A DNA stretch of 64,000 nt from Rubripirellula sp. (GCA_965216875.1 OZ244207.1:5024001-5088000), one strand, 5' to 3'. Shown: positions 20,550 to 30,895, counted from the first letter of the stretch. The notes: a model not told the origin generated them from the sequence alone. A program made the numbers and translations.

Positions 20550-20690
20550 GATAATTCCTCGATTCGTCAGGCGCTCGATACGGCGAGCGCTGGGTCATGC
20601 AGGGGGAAGGTAGGCATCCAGAAGTCGCACCGGCGGCCACCAAGCAATCGGGCCGTCCAAAATCGGGTGCGAAAAGCCTACCCCAGAGAT

Positions 20691-20873
20691 CTACTCGTCG
20701 TTCTGCTCGACTACGATTCGGCCCTGGTAGTAGCCGCATTTCGGGCAAACAGCGTGAGTCGGAACGGGGGCACTGCATTGGGGGCAGTACGCGATTTGAC
20801 GCTTTTTCACGCGGTCGTGCGAGCGTCGTTTGCCAGTTCGGCTGTTGGAGTGTTTACGTTTTGGGACAGCCAT
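20691..20873 (-). CDS. rpmF: 50S ribosomal protein L32
   Basis: MAVPKRK...CPQC...HAVCPKCGYY. Confidence 0.97.
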   Translation of the reverse strand: MAVPKRKHSNSRTGKRRSHDRVKKRQIAYCPQCSAPVPTHAVCPKCGYYQGRIVVEQNDE

Positions 20874-20925
20874 CGTCGGGGGTCCGTGTGGTATTTCAAA
20901 AAAATATTGGTTTGGCGAGCCGCGT

Positions 20926-20955
20926 ATCCTAGGAACTAGCGCCCATTTTCGTCAA
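20926..20955 (-). promoter_or_regulatory. Candidate sigma70 promoter for the rpmF-fab operon
   Basis: TTGACG-N18-TAGGAT, about 50 nt before the rpmF start. Confidence 0.55.
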
Positions 20956-21041
20956 CGCAGCCGGGGATGGTTTTTGCCAATTTTTCGATGCGGGCCCGGA
21001 TTTCTGACGCGACACACGTCTCCACTCCGGTTGGTAGATGG

Positions 21042-21144
21042 CACTCTCCCTTGGGAGAGTCGGGCTCTCAGGCCCGGAGAGGGTCTCCTCATAGACGCCC
21101 TCCCCGGGCCTTAGCGCCCGACCCTCCCGCAAGCGGGAGGGTGA
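21042..21144. repeat. Family H multi-hairpin repeat
   Basis: CACTCTCCCTTGGGAGAGTCGGGCTC...CGACCCTCCCGCAAGCGGGAGGGTGA; second copy at 47875-47980. Confidence 0.85.
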
Positions 21145-21163
21145 ATTCGGTACAAGTGCATGG

Positions 21164-22153
21164 CTACCCCTTAACCCCCACGGCGATGCCCAAATTCAGG
21201 GGGGTCGCAGCCAAAAAGGCGAATTGAACCTGCTGGAGACCAAATTCCCGCAAAAGGGCCTGAGTCTCCTCGAGGTCTCGCATTCGCCCGCCCTCGGTTC
21301 CCAAATTGAGCCTCAACGCTTCGACCGCCTCCGATACCCCCGGCCGCGCGGGGCTGCGGAAGAGATCGATCACAACGACCTTGCCCCCCGGTTTCGCCGC
21401 AGCAATGGCCCGCTCCAGCAACTTCTTGCTGGCGTCATCGTCGAGTGAATGGAGACGCTGCGCCATCAGCACCAAGTCAAACTGGTCGGCCGGAAGCTCG
21501 ACCGAAAAGGGATCTCCCTCGATTGTCGACAGTCGCTCACCCAGTCCAATCGAGCTGGCCGTGTTCTCGGCAGCCGCCAGCGCGTTGGGGTAATCGACCA
21601 ACGTGAGCGTCGACTTGGGATCGCGATGCGCCATCGCACAGCTCCAGACCGCCGATCCACAGCCGATGTCCAGAATACTCACACCCTCGACTTCGCCCTC
21701 GCCGCCAACATCCAGGATCTCGGCAGCCTGCATCGCTGCCGGAGTATGAATCCACTCGGTTGCGGCAAGCTGGTCGTAGTGGTGTTGGTCTTCGAGCTGA
21801 TCGGGACGCCCACCACCCTTGGCATGTTCGACAACACGTTGCCAATGTTGGTCACCAAGATCGTGGTCGTATTGGCAAAGCAAACGAGCGGCCTGGCTGA
21901 TCGCAAAGTCATCGGCATATTGCTCGACGATTCCAATCGCAACCAAGGCATCCAACAACAACTCGGTGCGGCCTCGATCAAGTGACAAGGCTTCGCACAA
22001 TTGCTCGAGCGTTCGCTGGCCTTGTTCCAGTTCGCCATAGACGCCCAGCTCACGAGCGGCGCGGATCAGATGCGCAACCGCATTGATCTGCATCCACTGA
22101 TGGTACTGCTGGAGCGTTCGATCTTGGGCTGATTTAACGGAGTTTTCTGTCAT
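21164..22153 (-). CDS. O-methyltransferase-like protein (dimerisation domain plus SAM-binding domain)
   Basis: N-terminal AARELGV...LLDALVAIG dimerisation region; ILDIGCGSA; LHSLDD; KPGG. Confidence 0.85.
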   Translation of the reverse strand: MTENSVKSAQDRTLQQYHQWMQINAVAHLIRAARELGVYGELEQGQRTLEQLCEALSLDRGRTELLLDALVAIGIVEQYADDFAISQAARLLCQYDHDLGDQHWQRVVEHAKGGGRPDQLEDQHHYDQLAATEWIHTPAAMQAAEILDVGGEGEVEGVSILDIGCGSAVWSCAMAHRDPKSTLTLVDYPNALAAAENTASSIGLGERLSTIEGDPFSVELPADQFDLVLMAQRLHSLDDDASKKLLERAIAAAKPGGKVVVIDLFRSPARPGVSEAVEALRLNLGTEGGRMRDLEETQALLREFGLQQVQFAFLAATPLNLGIAVGVKG

Positions 22154-22217
22154 CGGATCATCATTGCGTTGCAATCCCGAGCATCAATGGATGCTGAGCA
22201 TCACTGAACCCCGAGCA

Positions 22218-23231
22218 TCACTCGACACTGCGGACTGCTTCCAAAACGGCCTTACACCGACGCATGGTGTCGTTGAAATCATCGAACGTCAACGACTGGT
22301 ACCCATCGCTCATCGCCGAGCTTGGATCGGGGTGAACCTCAATGATCAATCCGTCTGCGCCAGCCGCGACCGAAGCGACCGACAGATCGGGCACCATGTA
22401 AGTGTGCCCCGTTCCGTGACTCGGATCGATGATCACCGGCAAGTGAGTTTTCTTGTGCAGGTAGGGGACACTTGCAAGCGGCAGTGTGAACCGCGTGTGA
22501 CCTTCGAAGGTGCGAATCCCCCGTTCGCACAACATCACGTTTTCGTTGCCTTCGTTAAGGATGTACTCGGCGGCAAGCAGGAACTCGTCCATCGTTGCCG
22601 AGGGACCTCGCTTGAGCAGCACGGGTAAACCCGACTTGCCGACCGCTTCGAGAAGGCGGTAGTTCTGCATGTTTCGTGCACCGACCTGCAACACGTCCGC
22701 ATATTTTGCGACCAGGTCGACGTCGGCCGTCCCCATCACCTCGGTGAAGATCGCCAAATTGGTTTCGTCCCGAGCAGCAGCCAAGAGCTTCAAGCCCTCT
22801 TCTTTGAGCCCCTGGAAACTGTAAGGACTCGTGCGTGGCTTGAACGCCCCACCGCGCAAGCCTGTCGCGCCAGCTGCTTTCACAGCGCGAGCGGTCTGCA
22901 GGATCTGATCTTCGTCTTCGACGCTGCATGGCCCCGCAATGATGCCGACCTTTCCCGCACCCGCTTCGAAATCGCGAACGCGAATACAACTCGGCTCTTC
23001 GCGCACCTCGCGGCTGGCCATCTTGTAGGGTGCCACGATCGGAACCACCGAGGAAACGCCGGCACCACTTTCGAGTGACTCCTTAAAGTGCTCGCGTTTG
23101 TCTCCGATCGCTGCGACGACGGTTCGTTCCGTTCCGACAATCACATTGGCCTTCAAACCAAGGCCCTCAACCCGTTTGACGGTCTCAGCAATCTGCTCGT
23201 CCGTCGCACTCGGTTCCATCACGACAATCAT
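22218..23231 (-). CDS. aroF: DAHP synthase, type I-beta with N-terminal regulatory domain
   Basis: [37 protein letters not shown] and DPSH. Confidence 0.95.
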   Translation of the reverse strand: MIVVMEPSATDEQIAETVKRVEGLGLKANVIVGTERTVVAAIGDKREHFKESLESGAGVSSVVPIVAPYKMASREVREEPSCIRVRDFEAGAGKVGIIAGPCSVEDEDQILQTARAVKAAGATGLRGGAFKPRTSPYSFQGLKEEGLKLLAAARDETNLAIFTEVMGTADVDLVAKYADVLQVGARNMQNYRLLEAVGKSGLPVLLKRGPSATMDEFLLAAEYILNEGNENVMLCERGIRTFEGHTRFTLPLASVPYLHKKTHLPVIIDPSHGTGHTYMVPDLSVASVAAGADGLIIEVHPDPSSAMSDGYQSLTFDDFNDTMRRCKAVLEAVRSVE

Positions 23232-23355
23232 GTTTGCACCAACAACGTGGGTGGATCAAAGAAAAAACGCGGGCTGGTATCCGGCGCTCACGCCGAATCA
23301 TCAGCCCGACAGACATTATTGAGCCCCACAGAGAGATTGAAAACGTGGGGCACGC

Positions 23356-23500
23356 GTAGGCCAGATCAAGAAGCGACAGCGACGCAGACCCGGCATGCCA
23401 AGTCCCGACCGCTTGCGCGAGATGCTGTGATTCCTTGAGCAGCCCGTACCAAGCGACTGCCAAAACCTTCCGCTCATCCGCCTAGAGGCGGGACGACAAA
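23356..23500. repeat. REP families B (23356-23394) and E (about 23478-23500)
   Basis: GTAGGCCAGATCAAGAAGCGACAGCGACGCAGACCCGGC and CCGCCTAGAGGCGGGACGACAAA. Confidence 0.75.
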
Positions 23501-23516
23501 CGGTGTCCGAACCGTA

Positions 23517-25412
23517 TCAGCCGCCGCGGGCGTACTTGAGCCATTGGCCGACAAAGGCTTCGGCTGGCATCCTAAAGGATTGCATAAAGGCTTGGTCAAA
23601 CGGGGCGCCTTCCTGCAGACTGCGGAGCAACCCATCGAAGCTGCGACGGTAACTGCGATCGAGCATCGACGCGGCGATCGCTGTCGCCACCCGATCGCTC
23701 TGCTCGGGCGAGAGCTTGCCATCCAAGAACTGTTTGGCGTTGTTGACCGACGCGAGTGCCTCGGACAATTCGGCTTCCTGCCGAGCCTTTTCGTTGCGAT
23801 CGCGACTGTTGCCGCCTTGCCGAGCCGCAGTCACCCGACCAACTCCCTCGGCCAACCATCGCGGCAAACCTTGACCACGAGTGGCCACGGCCAAACTGAC
23901 CACCGGCGCAGAAAGACGCGCTGCGATCGCCTCCTCTTCATCGCGGTCGGAAGCGACCATCGCGATGTAGGCGTCGATTCCGTCAAATCCCCAGTGGCTG
24001 GTCCATGCACTTGGAATGCCTCGGCCTTCAACCATTTTGGCGAACTCGCTGTAGTCGTATCGCCGCGGCATCACAAAGATCGTCGCGCGACCTCGGTAAA
24101 AGCCTTCACCCGAATCGGTTCTCACCACACTTTCGGCAAGCTTCATGTTTGCTTCGGCTTCCTTCGCGACCAGATCGATCGTGCCTTGCGAAGCAGCTCC
24201 CATCACCAAGAAGTGATCGGTTTCTTTTGTCTTGACGTCTCCGCTTCCGCCGAGCACAAGCCGCATGTTTTTGCCAGCCAACTCTTTTCGGCGGCTACTC
24301 ATCTCTTCCGGCGTCGCGGCCGCAGCCCATGCGAGTTGGCTCATCACACGAAGCGGTTGATTCTCACTGGCACCATCAAGGGTGGCACCTTCGTCGATCC
24401 AAGTCGAAATCAACTTGATCGATTCTTCTGACAGCGCGGGACGTCCACCAGCTGGCATTCTTTGACCGACTTGGCCACGCAACTTTTGCACCAGCAAACT
24501 CTGTTCACCGCGGCCTGGAACGATCACATCGCCACTGTCGCCGCCACGCAGCATTTGAGCGAACGTGTCCATCCGCAATCCACCTCGTGTTTGCATCGCA
24601 TCGATATGACAACCGTTGCAGTTATCCACCAACAGCGGCGCGATGTCCGACGCAAAACTCACCGTTTCTTTGCCAGTCGAGCGCCGTACCATCGGACGCG
24701 TTCGATTTGGCGTCGCGGCGGGTGCAGCACCACCGCCGATGGGAGCCTTGGGATCTTCGCCGTCAAACTTGGCCCCCTGAATGATCCAGTCCTTGAGGAG
24801 TTTCAGTTCCGCTGGCGAGACACGGCCACCACCGCGAGGCATGTCGCCGGTTTCGATGGTTTCGATCAATCGACTGCCGACCGTATCGCCCGCGAAAATC
24901 ACAACACCTTCCGGTGGCCCTTTCATCAGCGATTCGAAGGTCGCCAGGTTAAAGCCGCCTCGCGATTGCGTCGTATGGCAGTTGCCACACTTGCCGGCCA
25001 AGATCGGCGCCACCTGTTTTGAAAAGCTGATCATGTTCGGATCCATCGGCGCATCGCCAGGCGTCGGCTTCGGATCAACTTTTGGTTCAGGTCGTTTTGG
25101 CGTGCGAAACGGTGGCAGCGAAACACCTTCAAACTCAAGCATCGTGTGTGCTTTTCCAATCCGCTGCATCGATGGCAAGAGCGCATCGTAGAGATCGGGC
25201 GATCCCGCACCGACGGCATTGTGGATGCGCCGCATCGCCTCGGAAATCGTCTTGCCCGACTCGTCGTACTTTCCTTCCTGAAAGCTACGGCCAGCCTTCG
25301 TGATCAATCCGTTGATGGATTTGATGATGGCGCGATCGCGCGACGTCAAATCGGCCGAAACGATACCGTTACTGGTCAGGCAAATCGCCAACAGGAGAGC
25401 CAGGATACGCAT
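23517..25412 (-). CDS. Secreted protein with two planctomycete-type cytochrome c domains
   Basis: Signal peptide; CGNCH and CNGCH in SF...APIL/APLL...MP...WI.QGA/EGA contexts. Confidence 0.85.
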   Translation of the reverse strand: MRILALLLAICLTSNGIVSADLTSRDRAIIKSINGLITKAGRSFQEGKYDESGKTISEAMRRIHNAVGAGSPDLYDALLPSMQRIGKAHTMLEFEGVSLPPFRTPKRPEPKVDPKPTPGDAPMDPNMISFSKQVAPILAGKCGNCHTTQSRGGFNLATFESLMKGPPEGVVIFAGDTVGSRLIETIETGDMPRGGGRVSPAELKLLKDWIIQGAKFDGEDPKAPIGGGAAPAATPNRTRPMVRRSTGKETVSFASDIAPLLVDNCNGCHIDAMQTRGGLRMDTFAQMLRGGDSGDVIVPGRGEQSLLVQKLRGQVGQRMPAGGRPALSEESIKLISTWIDEGATLDGASENQPLRVMSQLAWAAAATPEEMSSRRKELAGKNMRLVLGGSGDVKTKETDHFLVMGAASQGTIDLVAKEAEANMKLAESVVRTDSGEGFYRGRATIFVMPRRYDYSEFAKMVEGRGIPSAWTSHWGFDGIDAYIAMVASDRDEEEAIAARLSAPVVSLAVATRGQGLPRWLAEGVGRVTAARQGGNSRDRNEKARQEAELSEALASVNNAKQFLDGKLSPEQSDRVATAIAASMLDRSYRRSFDGLLRSLQEGAPFDQAFMQSFRMPAEAFVGQWLKYARGG

Positions 25413-25628
25413 GGAGTTTCAATCAGTGAAAACGGGAGAAATCGGGCCCAGCGGTTGGCCCCACGACCGACGAGACGAGGCTTCTGTGCAGAAACCGAAC
25501 GCAACGAATCATTATAAAGTACCCATCCAATGTTGCTGCGGGCGACCGCCGTGGCCCCTGGGATTCCTGGCCTCGAGGTACGGTTAGACCGCCAATAACG
25601 GCGATAACGCACCAACCCGAAGACGGCC

Positions 25629-25716
25629 GTAGGCCGGCATCAAGGATGCGACAGCGACACAGATCCGGCATGGATCCCCTTTCTGCGCTCCCCATGCCCT
25701 GGCGAGCGTCGCTACG
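25629..25716. repeat. REP families B and C
   Basis: GTAGGCCGGCATCAAGGATGCGACAGCGACACAGATCCGGC and CTGGCGAGCGTCGCTAC. Confidence 0.7.
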
Positions 25717-25754
25717 TTGAAATCGCAAGCTCGAGCGAGCTCGCTACCGATTCC

Positions 25755-26741
25755 TCACGAGGACGCGTACCCGTTGGGGTGCCCCTGGTGCCATTTCCAT
25801 GCGGTTTCGACGATCGATCGAACGTCGGTGTAAGCCGGAGTCCACCCCAAGATCTCTTTGGCCAATCTCGCGTCGGCGATCAACTTCGACGGGTCCCCGG
25901 CGCGTCGTTGCCCCATGACCTCAGGAATTGGATGGCCAGTCACTTCGCGGCAGGCTTCGATGATCTCGCGAACACTCGTGCCTTGCCCTGTGCCCAGGTT
26001 AACGCAAATCCCTTTGCCTTCTTCCAACCTTTCCATCGCACGCAGGTGAGCGTCGCCCAAGTCGTCGATGTGAATGTAGTCGCGCACGCACGTCCCGTCG
26101 GGCGTGTCGTAGTCGTCGCCGAAAACGGTGATCTTGTCGCGTTGCCCCAGTGCCACCTGCAACACGATTGGGATCAGGTGGGTTTCCGGATCGTGGTCTT
26201 CGCCGATCGACCCGTCGGGACGTGCACCAGCGGCATTGAAGTAACGAAGTGCTGCGTAGGCAAACCCATAGGCGGCCGCATAGTCGGCCAAAGCCTGTTC
26301 GATCACCAGCTTCGTAAAGCCGTAGGGGTTGATCGGTTGCTGCGGCGTGGTTTCAGGAATGGGCACAATGTCGGGTTCGCCATAGGTCGCCGTCGTACTG
26401 CTAAAGACGATGCGTTTGACGCCCGTCTCGCGCATGGCTTCGAGCAACTCGAGTGCCGCGATCACGTTGTTGTGATAGTAAAGCGAAGGATCGTTGACCG
26501 ATTCATTGACCAATGCGAAAGCGGCGAAATGCATCACCGCATCGATCTTCTTCTCACCCAACGTTTCGACCAGCCGGCGTCGATCGGTCAAATCGCCTTC
26601 GACCAGCGCGCCGTCAGGGACCGCCTGGCGATGCCCGCGCGAAAGGTTGTCATAGACCCAAACGGTGTGCCCAGCATCGGCAAGGATGCGTACCGCGTGA
26701 GATCCGATGTAGCCTGCGCCACCTACAACCAAGACATTCAT
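25755..26741 (-). CDS. galE: UDP-glucose 4-epimerase
   Basis: GGAGYIGSH, YGFTK, LRYFNAAG and DGTCVRDYIH. Confidence 0.95.
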   Translation of the reverse strand: MNVLVVGGAGYIGSHAVRILADAGHTVWVYDNLSRGHRQAVPDGALVEGDLTDRRRLVETLGEKKIDAVMHFAAFALVNESVNDPSLYYHNNVIAALELLEAMRETGVKRIVFSSTTATYGEPDIVPIPETTPQQPINPYGFTKLVIEQALADYAAAYGFAYAALRYFNAAGARPDGSIGEDHDPETHLIPIVLQVALGQRDKITVFGDDYDTPDGTCVRDYIHIDDLGDAHLRAMERLEEGKGICVNLGTGQGTSVREIIEACREVTGHPIPEVMGQRRAGDPSKLIADARLAKEILGWTPAYTDVRSIVETAWKWHQGHPNGYASS

Positions 26742-26884
26742 AACACACCGGATTTCAGCAAGTTCTCGTTCGTTTTCAGAATTCCACACTGCAACTATCG
26801 GCAGTCGTCTCAAGTTTATCGCCTCAAATTGCCGATGTTCGAAGTAGATCAATCTCTTTGTATTCGCCCGACCCCGAGGAAAAC

Positions 26885-27832
26885 TTGGCGCGGACAACGA
26901 AACTCCAACAGCTCCGCAAAGGCGGCTCGCCCGCAAAATCGGCTCCCGCGACCGATTCGGTTTTCAAAGACTTTCTTCAGTACCTGCGGAGTGAGTGCCA
27001 CTTGGCGGACAACACCGTCAGCGCCTACAGCCGCGACATGAAACGGTTTGTCGCATGGCTGGAAGGACGAAGTCTGCGAAAGCTGAAAATCGGCGACTTG
27101 GTTGACTATGTCGAATGCCTGTACCAAGAGGAGCTCGCGCCCGCGTCGATCTCGAGAAATGTCGTGGCCCTGCGGACGTTCTTCAAATACCTTCAACTCG
27201 AAGGCGTCGTGCGGGACAACCCGGCCGAATTGTTGGCGACACAAAAGATGTGGCAGCGTGTTCCAGGCACGCTCTCGCGCCGGCAAGTCGATGCGTTTTT
27301 AGCTGCACCAAAGAAGAGTGACCGCTACTGGCAACGTGACAAAGCAATTCTCGAAGTGCTGTACGCGACCGGCTGTCGCGCCTCTGAAGTCTGTTCGCTG
27401 AGACTCCAAGACGTCTCACTCGATCAACGCCAAATTCGTTGCGAAGGCAAGGGCGGCAAACAACGCATCGTTCCGCTCGGCGGCCAAGCGATCGTCGCCA
27501 TCAAACGCTACCTCAGCGAATTGCGTGGCGATCTCTTTGGCAAAGGCAGTGGGTCGGAACAACTTTTTCTTTCACGTTCAGGCAACCCGCTTGATCGAGT
27601 CCAGCTGTGGCGTCTGGTCAAGCAATACGCACTGAGAGCCGGAATCGACAAAGACATCAGTCCACATAGCCTGCGACACAGTTTCGCGACACACCTGCTT
27701 GCCGGCGGAGCTGATTTGAGACTTGTCCAAGAAATGCTCGGACATGCGAGTATTCAAACCACGCAAATCTACACCCACGTCGAGCACTCGCGGCTAAAGA
27801 AGATTCACAAGCAGTTTCATCCGCGCGCGTAG
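26885..27832 (+). CDS. xerD: Tyrosine recombinase XerD
   Basis: LYATGCRASE, GKGGKQR, HSLRHSFATHLL and LGHASIQTTQIYTHV; TTG start after GAGGA. Confidence 0.88.
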   Translation: MARTTKLQQLRKGGSPAKSAPATDSVFKDFLQYLRSECHLADNTVSAYSRDMKRFVAWLEGRSLRKLKIGDLVDYVECLYQEELAPASISRNVVALRTFFKYLQLEGVVRDNPAELLATQKMWQRVPGTLSRRQVDAFLAAPKKSDRYWQRDKAILEVLYATGCRASEVCSLRLQDVSLDQRQIRCEGKGGKQRIVPLGGQAIVAIKRYLSELRGDLFGKGSGSEQLFLSRSGNPLDRVQLWRLVKQYALRAGIDKDISPHSLRHSFATHLLAGGADLRLVQEMLGHASIQTTQIYTHVEHSRLKKIHKQFHPRA

Positions 27833-27919
27833 GTCATGCTCCGCATGACAAATCAAACACGAACGCGTAGGTGATGCTCCGCATGACAACTCAAACCAGT
27901 CATGCACAGCATGACCTAC
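27829..27919. repeat. REP family I cluster (GTAGGTCATGCTCCGCATGAC)
   Basis: Copies at 27829 and 27867, inverted copy at 27899-27919; another copy at 34819. Confidence 0.85.
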
Positions 27920-28581
27920 TCGGCGGGCCAATCGGGGTCGGCGATCTGGCGCGTCATCGTTGCCAAACGAGCTTGTGTGTCGAGCAGCCGTTGCCAGGCT
28001 GACAATTTTAAGATGACTTCCTGGTTGTTCTCTTCGGTCCGCGCCGATTCGATCAATCGGTGGAGCCGGTTTTGCAGGTAGTCGAGAATTTCGCAGAGCT
28101 GCGCTTTCTGGCCGGGCGAGAGGTCATCGGGAATCGATGGGACCTCGGGGATCTTCATCACCTCGGCCGGATAGGGTGACTTCGGTTCGTGGTTGAGTTC
28201 AACAACGATCGAACTTTCCGAAGAAGACATTTCCCGCGAGACAGTTGGGTTTTCGCCACCCATCGCCGCCAGTCGCGCTGCGATCTGCGACTCTGACCCA
28301 ACGAGCATCAAACTGCGTCCGACGGCAATCAGATCACCGTGACGCAAGATCTTGAGCTGGCATTCGATGCCGTTGACCTTGGTGCCATTGGTGCTGTCCA
28401 AATCGGTCAGGACGAGGCGATCGTTGTCCCGTTGAACTTTGAAATGACAGCGTGAGACACGCTCGTCGTTGAGCTGAATGTCGTTCCCTTCCTCACGACC
28501 AATCGTCAACGGTGGGTCAAGGTTCTCGTAAACCTTGCCACGATCAGCGCCGTGAAGAATCTTCAGGGTGACGCCCGACAT
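27916..28581 (-). CDS. FHA-domain protein
   Basis: IGR...VSRCH...DLDSTNGTKVNG...LRHGDLI. Confidence 0.92.
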   Translation of the reverse strand: MSGVTLKILHGADRGKVYENLDPPLTIGREEGNDIQLNDERVSRCHFKVQRDNDRLVLTDLDSTNGTKVNGIECQLKILRHGDLIAVGRSLMLVGSESQIAARLAAMGGENPTVSREMSSSESSIVVELNHEPKSPYPAEVMKIPEVPSIPDDLSPGQKAQLCEILDYLQNRLHRLIESARTEENNQEVILKLSAWQRLLDTQARLATMTRQIADPDWPAE

Positions 28582-28637
28582 TGGGCACTCCAGATAAGTT
28601 CAGTTGCGGGATGCACATCCAGCGAGTGGACGAGAAT

Positions 28638-28666
28638 AGTATAGACAAGTCGGCTGGACTCGTCAT
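28638..28666 (-). promoter_or_regulatory. Candidate sigma70 promoter for the FHA gene
   Basis: ATGACG-N17-TATACT. Confidence 0.45.
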
Positions 28667-28778
28667 TGCTCCTTTTTTGTGGCCTCCCAAGCATTCGGCC
28701 CAGCGCTACCAAGCGATCGGCGGAGGGAGCGAAGTGTGCTCGAATTGGTAACGAAAAGAGGCCATGGGACGCTCCAGG

Positions 28779-29975
28779 CTACATCACCTGAGCTATCACG
28801 CACTTAAGGTAATCACTTTCCGGGCACGAAATGGCGACCGGGTGATCGGGAGCCGGCCCGCGATTCTCGAGCATCACCAAGTCCCGACGCCGACGACGAC
28901 CAACGTCAAGCAACATGTTCAGGAAGTCCGAACGCGAGACGCGGCCCGAACAGCTGCACGTTACCAACACCCCGCCAGGGGGAAGCAAGTCGACGGCCGA
29001 CGCATTGAGCCGGTGGTAGGCTCGAAGGGCCGAATCAATCTGGTGACGCGATCCAGCAAATCGCGGCGGGTCAAGCACGATAGCGTCGAAACTCTCGCCC
29101 GCTTCGCCGAGTCGCTTGAGTTCGTCAAAACAATCGGCCTGAGTGAAATCGACCGAGGTGAGTCCATTGGCCTGGGCCGTTTCTTTGGCCGCGTTTAGCG
29201 CCGCTTCGCTGCTGTCGATCGCTTGCACATGCGTCGCTCCCGCCTTGGCGGCCACCAATCCAAAGCCGCCGTTGTAGCAACACACATCGAGAATCCGCTT
29301 GCCCACCATGTACTTGGCGGCCGCCTCGTGATTGAGACGCTGGTCCAAGTAGCCACCCGTCTTTTGTCCGCCTTGAAGGTCAACCGTCCACTCGAGACCA
29401 TTTTGTTGGTACGCCACACGCCCCTCGACACCACCGACGTGCCAACGACTCTCAGGCTCGATCCCTTCGTGTTTTGCGACCTTTTGATCGATGCGAACAA
29501 TCACATGGTTGCACCCCGAGGATTGTTGCAATTGCTCCAGGATCGGCTGCTGCCACCGAAGCAGGCAAGCGGCGGTGAACTGCACGCTCAAGCAGTCGGC
29601 GTACCGATCGACAATCAGACCGCTGATCAAATCCGACTCGCTGAAGACCAGTCGTTCGGCCGATTGCAGGTCAGCGGGTTGGCTCAACCGCCGCCGCGCA
29701 ACGGACGCCTCGATGCGACTTCGAAACAGCGATTCGGAAACTTCAATCGATGAATCAAAAGCGTAGAGCCGAATTCGCAGCCGGCTGTTCGGATTGATCA
29801 CCCCGCGAGCGACGAAGTTGCCATCGTGATCATGCAGGTCAACGACTTGCCCAGGATCGAGGTCGCGCCCATCCTCGGCCAACGAATGGGCATGCACCCA
29901 GGGATGCCGGGCGAAAAACGGAAAGTGACGCTGCGGTTTGAGGCGAAGCGGGACGGGCTGGTCGGCAAATGTCAC
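28779..29975 (-). CDS. rlmI: RlmI-like 23S rRNA m5C methyltransferase (PUA plus SAM domain)
   Basis: HPWV, ESDLISGLIVDRY, GQKTGGYLDQR, LDPPRFA and TCSCS; start uncertain. Confidence 0.85.
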   Translation of the reverse strand: MTFADQPVPLRLKPQRHFPFFARHPWVHAHSLAEDGRDLDPGQVVDLHDHDGNFVARGVINPNSRLRIRLYAFDSSIEVSESLFRSRIEASVARRRLSQPADLQSAERLVFSESDLISGLIVDRYADCLSVQFTAACLLRWQQPILEQLQQSSGCNHVIVRIDQKVAKHEGIEPESRWHVGGVEGRVAYQQNGLEWTVDLQGGQKTGGYLDQRLNHEAAAKYMVGKRILDVCCYNGGFGLVAAKAGATHVQAIDSSEAALNAAKETAQANGLTSVDFTQADCFDELKRLGEAGESFDAIVLDPPRFAGSRHQIDSALRAYHRLNASAVDLLPPGGVLVTCSCSGRVSRSDFLNMLLDVGRRRRRDLVMLENRGPAPDHPVAISCPESDYLKCVIAQVM

Positions 29976-30064
29976 AGGTCGATGCACAGGTCGGGAACTC
30001 GAAACTTGTCTCGGATCGCCTAGCGTAGCGGCCAAGCACAAAATACGGGAGGCAGTGGAGACAT

Positions 30065-30160
30065 TGAGCCGCGATCGCGTAAGCGGCCGGGCATTGTTCC
30101 GGGATCCTCGTTTTGCAGCTTGCCGGATCTGCGTCGCTGTCGCTCCTTGATCCGGCCTAC
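30065..30160. repeat. REP families L and B
   Basis: TTGAGCCGCGATCGCGTAAGCGGCCGGGC (also near 61357) and GCCGGATCTGCGTCGCTGTCGCTCCTTGATCCGGCCTAC. Confidence 0.8.
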
Positions 30161-30460
30161 GACCGCGTGCGAGGCCCGCCGCTGTTGAAACTAAGAATCG
30201 TTCGCAACAAGCAGCTTAATAAAAGCCGGCTGGCCAACGAACTTTTCCGATCCACCGGCTGTCTTGGCTTACTGGACTTCCTGAGCCGTTCACTTTCACA
30301 ACCTCCGGCCGTGCGTTGGGCGGAAGTTGCGAATTCCGATTGCAGACGGACGGTTGTCCGACCGATATATTTATGGCAGAAATGGGGTCCGAGGTCCGCT
30401 TTTTGCGCTCACTGTAACGCCGGACCTTCGAGACTTAGTAAAGAAGAAAGGTTGACACCC

Positions 30461-30739
30461 ATGACTCACGTCGTTGCCGAACCGTGCAAAGGATGCAAAT
30501 ACACTGATTGCGTTGTCGTCTGCCCCGTCCAGTGTTTTTACGAGGGCGAAGACATGCTTTACATCCATCCCGAAGAATGCATCGACTGTGAAGCCTGCGT
30601 TCCCGAATGTCCCGTCGAAGCGATCTTCCACGAGGACAACCTGCCAGAAGAAATGCAGAGCTACTTGGAACTCAACGCCAAGATGTCGGAAGAGTGCGAA
30701 GTGATCACCGACAAGAAAGAGCCTCTCGCGGATCAGTAA
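30461..30739 (+). CDS. FdxA-type dicluster ferredoxin
   Basis: MTHVVAEPCKGCKYTDCVVVCPV...CIDCEACVPECP. Confidence 0.93.
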   Translation: MTHVVAEPCKGCKYTDCVVVCPVQCFYEGEDMLYIHPEECIDCEACVPECPVEAIFHEDNLPEEMQSYLELNAKMSEECEVITDKKEPLADQ

Positions 30740-30835
30740 GCCGCCGAGCGCTAAGGTTTCCAAGATCGGCAGAGGTTTCGTTTGTATCCTCGCCGTCGCG
30801 ATCGAACGCAACGAGACAACGACAACCGTCCAACA

Positions 30836-30877
30836 AGAACAGCCCAGTGAAGTGAACTTCACTGGGCTGTTTTTTTG
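30836..30877. terminator. Intrinsic terminator between convergent ferredoxin and HNH genes
   Basis: AACAGCCCAGTGAAGT-ga-ACTTCACTGGGCTGTT followed by a T-run. Confidence 0.85.
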
Positions 30878-30895
30878 TAGATCAACAAAGGTTCA

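Noticed and set aside
26885..27832. Tyrosine recombinase as a prophage or island integrase
   Set aside because: The sequence is XerD-like, the neighbours are housekeeping genes, and no att site or cargo is visible
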